Origin: Laetmonice hystrix
Taxonomy: Eukaryota
Length of the DNA: 64,000 nt
Assembly: GCA_965235115.1 (NCBI GenBank)
Contig: OZ249436.1
Coordinates: 3,536,001 to 3,600,000, forward strand
Direction of reading: 5' to 3'
Under the pieces are notes generated by a model. It had not been told where the DNA came from. It worked only from the letters and a program-made list of their open reading frames with translations, and made no database searches. Both the position numbers and the translations under genes were made by a program. Of this stretch, positions 52,201-62,592 are shown one piece after another. Positions within the stretch are counted from its first letter, which is position 1, and each line of letters opens with the position of its first letter.

Positions 52201-55200
52201 GCGGATCCAGCAGTGGGGGGGGGGGGGGGGCTTTGGGGGCTTAAGCCCCCCCCCCCCCCAGCTGACTCCAGATTTTTTTTCCACGGGGATTAAATACTCT
52301 CTGTATTCCAATCTTTCCCAGGGTTGACCGCGCCGGTCTCACATGTATCTAGCCCCCCCCCCCCCCCCCCAGTTGCAAAATCCTGGATCCGCCCCTGGGG
52401 ATCTCTGTATTAGGCCTATATATCAAGGTTATCATCTGCCTTGATATCATGAAGAATCTCCTAGTAAACCCAGCAGGATGTGGTGGACATCACAATGGTT
52501 CGTTCAGAGTAGGGGGAGGGTCTACTTGTTGTAGTCAGTGGGCAGTACCACGTAGGCTGCTCGCATTGTGATCAACCGATTTCAACAAGTCGTATTAACC
52601 GCATAACTGATAAAATCAATCATTAAAATGATTTATAAAATGAATCATTAAAATGATTAAAAAGACGCCATTGGAAGCACTTCTCCCCCCAACGTAGGGA
52701 TGAGATTGAAGCAGCTGTCACATAGTTCTACTTGTAGAATCTACTCAGACCTACTCAAACAATAGCCTTGTATTAGTGGGTCAATTGTTTTTGTCTTTCA
52801 GCATTCACAAGCCGTTAATTTCTTCATTGATTATGATAAGAGCCAAGGCAACTACATTGTGGACGCTGATGGGAATGTACTCCTCGACATGTTTACTCAG
52901 ATATCTTCTATACCAATCGGTGGGTCACGTGACTTTAACTTTACACTTCTTAAAACACTTAAATAACTCTTTACATGCAAATAGATGTAATTGTCTGGTT
53001 GTAGGGGGTACTCTGTCTCAGTTTCGGCGAAAGAGGGCCCACCAGTGTGTAATTTGCGGGGGGGGGGGGTCCCCTCTTTTTCCGCGAAGTATACTGCCAA
53101 CATTTCCCACACCCATATTTGTATTTTGACGGAACGTGATAGTATACATGTACCTTTATATAAATATATTTCCATGCATGATTTTATGAGTCACTCTCAC
53201 ACAGAAAAAATGTGTGATTATTTTTTTCAGGATACAATCACCCAGCTCATATAGCGGCGGTTCAGAACCCGGCAAACCTTGTAAGTCATCAACACTTCTT
53301 CATCAGGGATACCTGTTTATTGAACTAAATACAAAACAGGCTACAACGACTCATTAACCTCTGAATCTCCTCTGGTATCCACTATTCCAATAACGCTATA
53401 ACGCAGGTTATTTCATTATTAGACCTCACATAAAATATGACTAATACCTTACATTGAATATGACTGATATCTTTGTCTGCCGCCAGAGTAATTTCATTAA
53501 TTGATCTTACATTCAATATGACACCTTGTCTGTCGCCTGAGTTATTTCATAAGTAGACCTTACATTGAATCTCACTGGTACCTTTGTCTGCCGCCAGAGT
53601 AATTTCATTATTTGACCTTACATTGAATATGACTGGTACCTTTGTCTGTCGCCTGAGTTATTTCATTAATTGACCCTACATTAAATCTCACTGGTACCTT
53701 TGTCTGTCGCCAGAGTTATTTCATTAATTGACCCTACATTGAATCTCACTGGTACCTTTGTCTGTCGCCAGAGTTATTTCATTAATTGACCCTACATTAA
53801 ATCTCACTGGTACCTTTGTCTGTCGCCAGAGTTATTTCATTAATTGACCCTACATTGAATCTCACTGGTACCTTTGTCTGTCGCCAGAGTTATTTCATTA
53901 ATTGACCCTACATTAAATCTCACTGGTACCTTTGTCTGCCGCCAGAGTAATTTCATTATTTGACCTTACATTGAATATGACTGATACCTTTGTCTGTCGC
54001 CAGAGTTATTTCATTAATTGACCCTACATTAAATCTCACTGGTACCTTTGTCTGCCGCCAGAGTTATTTCATTAATTGACCTTACTTTGAATATGACTGT
54101 TACCTTTGTCTGCCGCCAGAGTTATTTCATTAATTGACCTTACACTGAATATGACTGGTACCTTTGTCTGCCGCCAGTTATTTCATAAATAGACCTTACA
54201 TTGAATATGACTGATACCTTTGTCTGCCGCCAGAGTAATTTCATTATTTGACCTTACATTAAATATGACTGGTACCTTTTTCTGCCGCCAGAGTTATTTC
54301 ATAAATAGACCAGCACTTGGTAACTTCCCGCCATTGGAGTGGACCGAAAGGATAAAAAATGCTCTTCTATCAGTAAGTCTACTTGTATATTTTTTTTTTT
54401 ACAAAGTATATGTATTTTATACAGCAGCCTTACGTTGTACAAATTCTTTAAACATATTACATAACTGAACATTTGGTTTGGGTTGAGGAAAGGTGACCTT
54501 GGATAGCGGGTTCAGAATAACCTCGTTACCGTAAAGGCTATTGACAATACACCGATACACAGCAGAAAATATATTTGATGTAATTCTACAAATTCTCTTT
54601 GTTAAACATTCAGATTGCACCGAAAGGACTACCAAGTGTTCAAACCATGGGTTGTGGTACCTGTTCCAACGAAAATGCTTTCAAGGCAGCCTTTATGGCA
54701 TATATGGTAAGTATTGATGACCGATGTTCCTGTTTATGGCTGTTTATGGCATTATGGTAAGTATTGATGAGCGATGTTCCTGGTTATGGCTGTTTATGGC
54801 ATATATGGTACGTATTGATGACCGATGTTCCTGTTTATGGCTGTTTATGGCATTATGGTAAGTATTGATGACCGATGTTCCTGTTTATGGCTGTTTATGG
54901 CATATATGGTAAGTATTGATGACCGATGTTCCTGTTTATGGCTGTTTATGGCATATATGGTAAGTATTGATGACCGATGTTCCTGTTTATGGCTGTTTAT
55001 GGCATATATGGTAAGTATTGATGACCGATGTTCCTGTTTATGGCTGTTTATGGCATATATGGTAAGTATTGATGACCGATGTTCCTGTTACTCTGTGATG
55101 TGTTGCTGTGCTGTGTCAAGAGGTACCGTATACGTTAATTGTCCAGTGAGAGATCGAGAGGTTTCAGTGTGTTGAAACGTTCCTTCTGATCATTAAATCT

Positions 55201-58200
55201 TTGTCTGATAGAGTTTTGTCAGTTGACCGTGCTGATTCTCCCTTACCAGTTTCCCCTCCTGAACCATCCCTCTCTCACCCTTTACAAAATCTTAGATCCG
55301 CGCCAGTTGATATGTTTTTGTCTGTCGGCCAGCGCCGTGAGCGAGGGGGAAAGTTTCCGAGTGACGATGTCCTAGAACAGTGTCTCTATAACCGTGGACC
55401 TGGATGTCCGCCACTCACCATCCTTTCCTTCACCAACGGTTTCCACGGCCGCACGTTAGGTCAGTCTGTTATTTATCATCAGTCAAGACTAGTAACCCAC
55501 ATTTTAAGCGAGAGTTCACTCTGAATGTAAGCATCAGTGAAACAAAGTAGGATTTGTATTTGTATAAATTTAATGATTATATAATTTATCTCATATAACC
55601 GGTACGTCAAAATATTTTGAGGTTATGTCATAAATGTAGGTCAGTCACCTTCAGTGCATTTGTTCAGACCTATAGGCCTACAGCCGCACGACATATTTAA
55701 TGGTCATATTTAGGCCTACGTGCGTTATGTATCAAGCGTGTGTGTCTGGGGGGGGGGGGGGGGGTGTATGTGCTGGAGTTTGCGAATGTCATTGTATTTC
55801 AGGGTTCTCCATAAGATAAACCAATAGTACTAGTAGCCATTTTTCTGCCTTGATGTCGAATGTTGAGACATTATATATTATAAGAAAGAACCACAAATAG
55901 AGATTGCACTATGGAATATATGATATGATATGATAGCGCAGTAATGATAGTGAAGACCGTATTATTAAGTGAAAGAATATAAATGAGAATGAGACACATG
56001 AGTTTCCATTTGTACGATTCCGTTATCCGTTTCCGTTATTCGACCATCTGTGCCCATTTCCTATGGGAGCGTTTCCATGTGTAGGCCTACGCTTCGTAGT
56101 CCGATTGTAGGCCTACATATAGAAATGCTCCCATAGGAAAAATGCATATCGATCGAATCGGAGACGGATAACGGATAACGGATAACGGAAACGTACACAT
56201 GGAAACGCGGCTTAATCATATCTTCAATAGATTAAGCAGAACAGTTCCAAGTTCCAGCTAAAACCCATACTATACCAGTAGGCCTATCAGTCATACAGTT
56301 ATTCCCTATGGTAGTTGTATTCAAAACTTCATTTATTGCTTATACCATATCGTTGTAATATAAACAGGGAACGCTGACGCAGGATGTTTTCCTATGCCTA
56401 CTTAGTACTATATATGTTTGTTCTCTTTAATTGTTTAGTTTATTAAGATTTCTTTATGTGTAGGTAGCCTAAGTGTGACCCACACCAAATGGATACATAA
56501 AATCGACATCCCACCGTTTGACTGGCCAATCGCGTCTTTCCCTGGTTATAAATACCCGCTGGAAGATCACGTAGAAGATAACAGACATGAAGATCAGCGT
56601 TGTCTTAATGAGGTAATCCGATCCGTGAGCTCAGGTTAATCCTTACACAGACTGTGCTGACACCTGGTGACAGCTTCAAGTAATATGTTATTTTTGTTCA
56701 ACACAGGATTGTGTTGGAATTTCAATGGAATGACTTCCACTTGTCATTCACGTGAACGAATGACTAGACCCTCCCTAGACTTTACTGAATTATTCCATGG
56801 GGCATTAGTAGGAATGAGCACCGGCAGCCAAAGGAAATGTAGCAAAACTCAGCAATGAATGTGAGTGGCTGTCGTCACAGTATGATCGTCGCAAAAGGAC
56901 AATGCGAAAAACTTATCGACTAAACAAATTTCTGTCTGAAAGTTTTAGATTTAGAAGTTATCATATCCTGTCGCACTATTATAAGACTATGATTTGTGAT
57001 TCCCATTATACTGCAGCGCAAAGAAATAATTATAGTCAAGAATAAGAATCTTTCAGATAAGTTTTTTTATCCGAATTTATTAAGCATGACTCGAGTTAGT
57101 AAACTAAAATTAATTTGGTCTGACGTAAAATGGAAGGCGTCTTATTAGACAAGAAGTGCTAAGAAGACGTTGGAATATCTCGTAAATTTAGCTAGTTATA
57201 TTAGTATATTACATGCATGTTCCAGCCTTACAGGCCTACACCTGGCACTTGTTCCTTACGATATGCACAAACTTTTATTCTAAGTCTGGATATAACTATA
57301 TGACTCAGGGCAGTTTATAAGACTTTGTATATTTGCTGTTTATCATTCAGGAATGACAAAGTATTTTGTCAACAAATAAGACAGCTAAAAAAATTCAAGT
57401 AGTTCTTATTGGTACTAGCCTACAACGTATGACGTCGGTAAGGTATGAACGCGAGACAAATTTTTCACCATTTTTTTCTGCGTCATTTGTACATATAGGA
57501 TCTCTCGCAACCTCTCACGCTAGGTGGCAGTACAAGCTAGATAGCCCGACCTTGGATTGGCCTGAAGCTGTGTTTCCCACTCTGAAATATCCGCTCGACC
57601 AATATGAACAAGAAAACCGTGCCAGTGAGGAAAGATCTCTCAACGAGGTACATAATAGTCAGCAAGGTTCTGTTCGTTATCAGACTATACTCACTCGATG
57701 TCGGAAACTTCACCAGGCTCACGGCAGGAGGAACGAGACACGAGATATACCGGCCATGGAAATTTGGGCATCATTCAGGAAATATTTGTAACTGGTGGAA
57801 TGAATTTATTCCTATAAAATCTTCCATCCATGCCACGCTGCTGATGCAGTGATGGAAGATTTTATACTCGTGTAAAAATTTCAACGATTTTTTGTAGGCT
57901 TGCTGACACGTTGACTTGGCTGTGAGTGCATTGTATATATATTATATGTAGTGGCGTGCTTTCTGGTCCTATTTCTCAAAATCAATGACTTTCTTACATC
58001 GGTGTGGCTTACCTGAGCATTGTCAAACCATAGAACTGTAATATGCGAACTTTAGGTAGTGAATTTAAATTACTTGAAGGCATTTTATCAGTCTGTAATA
58101 TCGTTCAAAAAGAAGGAATTACACATTGCTCAGCAAAAGTAAAATACTTTAAATATGTACCTTTGTTATCACCTAGTAGTATGTGCACGCTTGTTTTAAT

Positions 58201-60985
58201 TGACAAGTGTATCTTGCGGTCAGCACTGTTATACTTCACCAAGGGGAATATATACTACTTGTGTAACATGCCTACGACCACTTAAATTGATCTTTCTAGG
58301 TGCGAGAGAAAATTGCCGAGTACAACAGTCGGGGAACTCCAGTGGCTGGAGTAATTGTAGAACCTATCCAAGCCGAAGGTGGAGACAACTATGCCTCATC
58401 CGAATTCTTCCATCAACTGCAAAAAATTATCAAAGAGGTAAGACAGTTAAACTTAATAAAAACCGGGTATATTTGTCAAAGATGAAGGTTTTACAACTGG
58501 CCTGACGGGCATCTTAAGACGGCCAGTCAAACAGGTGGTACGTACATGCTCCACCCCCAACCCCACCCATAGTCCTCTTGGTGTTCCAGAACAACGCCTA
58601 CCTCATCGTTGACGAGGTACAGACGGGTCTGGGTGCCACGGGTGAGATGTGGGCCCATGAACACTGGAACCTGCCCCAACCACCTGACGTGGTCACCTTC
58701 AGCAAGAAGGCACTCACAGGTGGCTTCTTCCTCACTGACGAACTCAGGCCACTCGAGGTAATCCCTCAGACAGATGTTGGGGTCTAAACTGACAACTGGA
58801 CAATTAACACCGTCTTGGTACTATATTTAGGCCTACTTATTGATTACTAATTTGATTACTACGGATGCTCATAAGTACCGAAAATTTGAGTACTTGCAAG
58901 GTTAGACTTGGTTGTCACTTTAGAACAGCAGAGTCTCAAATCAGCTATAAACACCTACATTTCCTTGGCTTGGAACAACATGAGACTTCTATGAATGGAA
59001 CGGCATCTGAAAATGTTCTTCGTGTCAGTTTAAGTATAGTCTACAGCTAATAAAAACATTGCACTTATGTTGAAATAACATTGGTGCAATATAGATCTAA
59101 GTATAGGTGAGGATATACCATAATATTTGTATTGTCCTCTAGGGCTTCCGTATCTTCAACACGTGGATGGGTGACCCATCCAAGGTGTTGCTACTGGAGG
59201 AAACCCTGAAGGTAATCAATGACAATGACCTCATCCAGAACGTGCGCGATGTCGGCAAGGTCATCATGGACGGCCTGCGACTGCTGCAGGTCAGTAACAA
59301 ATAGAGGTCATGTCGGAGGTAGTGTAGGAAGATAGGTCCAATCATGTCATAAAGATAAACCTTTCTGTAACATTTTCAGAACCATGTTGGCCTGTTTTTC
59401 TTACCAGAGCGGTGTGTGATAGCAATTAACAAAGTCTGTTTCAATTTGTTGTTACACTGTAAAACTTGCAGTGGCCTATACCGGCAATTGCATTTAGTAT
59501 TAAGGTTTTGCTTGCAGGCAGTAGGCCTATACTAAAGGTATGTAGTGAATTATATGCAAAAGAAATAGCCTACATTGCCAGATAGGCCCTCGTCCTGTAA
59601 GACTTGAGCCGCTTTCACATGCACACGGTTTGCAGCGTGCGGCATGCGGCGTGCGTTTTTGTTAATAATGTAGCCAATGTAAATCGCCGCACACCGCAAA
59701 CTGGGGGCATGTGAACGGTTATATCTATTTTCAGTTGTTCCATTTCTGCAAAAACGCACGCCGCATGCCGCAAACCGTGTGCATGTGAAAGCGGCTTTAT
59801 TTGTTCAAAATTGTATTTGTTCAATTGTACAGCGTGTGTAATAAGTTTTGTGTATTTACAGGACCGTTTCCCAGACCAGATCAGCAAGGTGCGAGGATGT
59901 GTAATAAGTTTTGTATGTTTACAGGACCGTTTCCCAGACCAGATCAGCAAGGTGCGAGGATGTGTAATAAGTTTTGTATGTTTACAGGACCGTTTCCCAG
60001 AGCAGATCAGCAAGGTGCGAGGATGTGTAATAAGTTTTGTGTATTTACAGGACCGTTTCCCAGACCAGATCAGCAAGGTGCGAGGATGTGTAATGAGTTT
60101 TGTGTGTTTACAGGACCGTTTCCCAGACCAGATCAGCAAGGTGCGAGGATGTGTAATAAGTTTTGTATGTTTACAGGACCGTTTCCCAGACCAGATCAGC
60201 AAGGTGCGAGGATGTGTAATAAGTTTTGTATGTTTACAGGACCGTTTCCCAGAGTAGATCAGCAAGGTGCGAGGATGTGTAATAAGTTTTGTGTGTTTAC
60301 AGGACCGTTTCCCGGACCAGATCAGCAAGGTGCGAGGATCTGGAACGTTCTGTGCCATGGATGGCAGGGACCCCCAGCACAGAGATAAGATAGTGGCAGA
60401 GATTCGCAACAGTGGTACGTTACCAGCCTTGATTCTTGTTAACGTTAGATTCACAACAGTGGTACGTTACCAGCCTTGATTCTTGTTAACGTTAGATTCA
60501 CAACAGTGGTACGTTACCAGCCTTGATTCTTGTTAAAGTTAGATTCACAACAGTGGTACGTTACCAGCCTTGATTCTTGTTAACGTTAGATTCACAACAG
60601 TGGTACGTTACCAGCCTTGATTCTTGTTAAACGTTAGATTCACAACAGTGGTACGTTACCAGCCTTGATTCTTGTTAAACATGTTGGCGGAATAGAAGGA
60701 GAGGGAGATAATGAACTCTCTCGAGGCACTCCTCTCAGTAACCATCCTAGTCAGCAAAAAATCGGCATTAATGTTTAGGCTCTTTTAAATACTTTTATCT
60801 TTTCACAAAGAACTTGCACAAAGATTATTTCGCTATTCCTAGGTTTTTTTCTGTCTGTTCCAGGGGTTCATATTGGTGCGTGTGGGGTCAAAACGATACG
60901 TATACGGCCGACACTGATTCTGCAAGAAAAACACGCCAACATTTTCCTTAATACCTTCGAATCTGTGCTGGAGAAGTTGAAGTAG
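43191..60985 (+). CDS. ABAT: 4-aminobutyrate aminotransferase (GABA transaminase), mitochondrial, 496 aa; two predicted isoforms
   Basis: Exons 43191-43236, 48950-49089, 52802-52919, 53231-53280, 54292-54372, 54614-54706, 55333-55459, [56464-56612 OR 57499-57647], 58300-58437, 58590-58757, 59143-59289, 60303-60414, 60864-60985 = 1491 nt, open to TAG. Motifs [59 protein letters not shown] (PLP lysine), [10 protein letters not shown]. Confidence 0.96.
43366..43755. repeat. Minisatellite (ctagctgggaggctg...gcagcagga), ~32-39 bp variants
   Basis: Direct observation; ABAT intron 1. Confidence 0.93.
44258..44866. repeat. Tandem array, ~56-65 bp unit, ~10 copies
   Basis: gatatcagacacagagagtacccgtcccagtcccagtactcagctgggcgagacctgttaca. 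Confidence 0.95.
46663..46823. repeat. Minisatellite, 27 bp unit, 6 copies
   Basis: aataactggctcccaactcttgccagc. Confidence 0.95.
47243..47957. repeat. G-rich minisatellite, 20 bp unit, ~35 copies
   Basis: ggggtagattgtgggaggca. Confidence 0.97.
48950..49089 (+). CDS. ABAT: ABAT exon 2
   Basis: [27 protein letters not shown]; ttacag / GTGAGT. Confidence 0.92.
49937..50147. repeat. Tandem array, 43 bp unit, ~5 copies
   Basis: Direct observation. Confidence 0.93.
50327..50530. repeat. Tandem array, 36 bp unit, ~5.5 copies
   Basis: acacagatatgttgtatgtcagtgggacgactc. Confidence 0.93.
50748..51604. mobile_element. ~857 bp Tc1/mariner-like MITE, copy 2
   Basis: TA-flanked; colinear with and highly similar to 39785-40640, same orientation. 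Confidence 0.9.
51645..52512. repeat. Diverged tandem array, ~110-125 bp unit, ~6 copies, interrupted by a MITE
   Basis: tctgacttgatatcatgaagaatctcc...aacccagcaagatcagacaat...ggttcgttcagagtagg. Confidence 0.88.
52196..52397. mobile_element. Short GC-rich MITE (CAGTGGCGGATCCAG...CTGGATCCGCCCCTG)
   Basis: 15 bp TIRs; interrupts one unit of the surrounding tandem array. Confidence 0.8.
52802..52919 (+). CDS. ABAT: ABAT exon 3
   Basis: [40 protein letters not shown]. Confidence 0.94.
53231..53280 (+). CDS. ABAT: ABAT exon 4
   Basis: [17 protein letters not shown]; polyT-cag / GTAAGT. Confidence 0.93.
53447..54310. repeat. Tandem array, ~58 bp unit, ~15 copies, containing the acceptor of ABAT exon 5
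   Basis: ...ggtacctttgtctgccgccag/agttatttcat repeated. Confidence 0.96.
54292..54372 (+). CDS. ABAT: ABAT exon 5
   Basis: [33 protein letters not shown]. Confidence 0.93.
54614..54706 (+). CDS. ABAT: ABAT exon 6
   Basis: [37 protein letters not shown]. Confidence 0.94.
54692..55089. repeat. Tandem array, 50-51 bp unit, 8 copies, containing the donor of ABAT exon 6
   Basis: Donors at 54707, 54757, 54808, 54858, 54909, 54960, 55011, 55062. Confidence 0.96.
55333..55459 (+). CDS. ABAT: ABAT exon 7
   Basis: RRERGG...[21 protein letters not shown]. Confidence 0.94.
56001..56211. mobile_element. Palindromic MITE remnant
   Basis: gtttccatttgtacg..tccgttatccg / cggataacggaaacgtacacatggaaac inverted arms. 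Confidence 0.65.
56464..56612 (+). CDS. ABAT: ABAT exon 8a (mutually exclusive, canonical-like)
   Basis: [50 protein letters not shown]; gtgtag / GTAATC; 149 nt. Confidence 0.92.
57499..57647 (+). CDS. ABAT: ABAT exon 8b (mutually exclusive, divergent)
   Basis: [50 protein letters not shown]; atatag / GTACAT; 149 nt. Confidence 0.88.
58300..58437 (+). CDS. ABAT: ABAT exon 9
   Basis: VREKIAE...[19 protein letters not shown]...IIKE. Confidence 0.95.
58590..58757 (+). CDS. ABAT: ABAT exon 10
   Basis: [26 protein letters not shown]...DVVTFSKK...RPLE. Confidence 0.96.
59143..59289 (+). CDS. ABAT: ABAT exon 11
   Basis: [20 protein letters not shown]...GLRLLQ. Confidence 0.95.
59607..59796. mobile_element. 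Harbinger-like MITE
   Basis: TIRs agccgctttcacatgcacacggtttgc / gcaaaccgtgtgcatgtgaaagcggct. Confidence 0.82.
59835..60339. repeat. Tandem array, 63 bp unit, 8 copies, containing the acceptor and start of ABAT exon 12
   Basis: Acceptor AG ends at 59861, 59924, 59987, 60050, 60113, 60176, 60239, 60302. Confidence 0.97.
60303..60414 (+). CDS. ABAT: ABAT exon 12
   Basis: [20 protein letters not shown]...EIRNS-G. Confidence 0.93.
60400..60680. repeat. Tandem array, 47 bp unit, 6 copies, containing the donor of ABAT exon 12
   Basis: agattcacaacagtg/gtacgttaccagccttgattcttgttaacgtt. Confidence 0.96.
60864..60985 (+). CDS. ABAT: ABAT terminal exon 13
   Basis: [40 protein letters not shown] (TAG TAG). 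Confidence 0.94.
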
Positions 60986-61824
60986 TAGCGTCCTCTGAAG
61001 GATGTGGATGTCTGAAGGCCGGGCAGGGATATGAAACTCTTGTATTCTCCCAATATTATCATAATTATTACGGGACATGATAATGGAAGGCTGTTCCTGT
61101 AAGCTGAGGACACACCACAGAAGGTGTGTTTTAATGTGCAGGGCTGAACCTTGTGAGGCCCAGGCTTCATTCATGGTAAAAATGTATAACGCAAGGAGCT
61201 GGAGGGATTTCATGACGTCAGGTGGTGACGTCATAATGGGACTCGTTCGTCAATATGACGTGTTTTATGCTGCAATATGAAGTGCTACGTGCCAGGTACA
61301 GCAGCTCCGGTGTAAAAATGATTTCTGCGTGGAAAACGAGTAATGACAAATCAGACCAAGAATAGGGTCAGACACGGGGTCCATTTGATGCCAGCATTTG
61401 TTTCTGCTGAACGCTAATATTTGCCAAGTATTCCTATAGAATCATTGAAAATAAAATACAAGTCTGCTCATCTGATAGGCCTAATACAGTTTCTGCACTC
61501 GTGACTTGGAAGCATGTATGAAAGTCGAACAGTACGGACTAGAGACTACTGCTGTTCTTTGCTAGTATTTTATTACCATACCTCATGATGCTCTTGACGA
61601 GTTCTATAGGATGGAAATTCTTGCCATTTTCCTGACTGAGTAGACTTAGGAGTTAATTTTCTATTGTTAAAAATGCCCAAAATATGTTCTTGTTGGTTTA
61701 TCTGTTAATGAGTGGCACATTCTGTAGTTTAAGGGTCTTTTAAAGGTCTTTGACTAATAATTGTGATTTGGTGAAAATGTATACCGGTTCTCTTTTTTTG
61801 TAATTGTATGCATTAGTTTCTTTA

Positions 61825-61830
61825 AATAAA
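61825..61830 (+). promoter_or_regulatory. Candidate ABAT polyadenylation signal AATAAA (another near 61449)
   Basis: Hexamer in a T-rich context downstream of the stop codon. Confidence 0.4.
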
Positions 61831-61917
61831 CTTTCAAATTATTTTAGTTATTTCATTCACATGTAGGTCTATGAATTGCTTTGAGTGAGACGATACGCCT
61901 ACCCGTCTTTAATTTAA

Positions 61918-62206
61918 GGACAAGTGCTAGTGTGAGGCCAAAAATTTTTTTGAGACAGATTTTTTTTAAATTTTGCAGATAAACAGAGTATGTTGTCCTC
62001 TTTCAAAATTCAGCAAAAAAATGATACCTCACCGGGTTAGTTTTTTTGTTAGGAGCGTTTGAAGTTGGTATTTTCTTCATGTTAATGAATAGATCTACAG
62101 TTTGCAATTTTTATTTTTTTTACCACTTTTTTTTGTCAGAACGGTGTTATGACAAATAGAAAAATCTGTCTCAAAAGATTTTTTGGCCTCACACTAGCAC
62201 TTGTCC
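61918..62206. mobile_element. MITE with TTAA target duplication (Kolobok-like)
   Basis: TTAA-GGACAAGTGCTAGTGTGAGGCCAAAAA ... TTTTGGCCTCACACTAGCACTTGTCC-TTAA. Confidence 0.85.
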
Positions 62207-62471
62207 TTAACATCTGATGCCGAGAATATTAAGTCCTTTGAAAAAGGAATGAGTTGTTTATTTAATCATAGCGCCCAATTCAACTAAAGGCGGCCTGTCT
62301 ATACATCATATCATGTATGTGAACAAAAGGACTTTACTGCAATGTCTTGCAGTCGGATATACAATGTATAGGCTAATGGTGTTGGAGACATCTGTTAGAT
62401 CTGTAATAAACGAAGTCATCACAGGATTTAAACGACAATTATTGTGTGTATACCTCCTCTATACTCTATTG

Positions 62472-62592
62472 GTCCTACTCATGGGTTCTGTGTCCTACTC
62501 ATGGGTTCTGTGTCCTACTCATGGGTTCTGTGTCCTACTCATGGGTTCTGTGTCCTACTCATGGGTTCTTTGTCCTACTCATGGGTTCTGTG
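62472..62592. repeat. Minisatellite, 20 bp unit, 6 copies
   Basis: gtcctactcatgggttctgt. Confidence 0.95.

Noticed and set aside
57499..57647. Exon 8b as part of a second ABAT gene or an assembly duplication
   Set aside because: No other ABAT exon is duplicated in full, and 8a and 8b are too divergent for a haplotype artefact
59615..60454. 279-aa antisense ORF
   Set aside because: Open only because the 63-bp unit is a multiple of 3; antisense to ABAT
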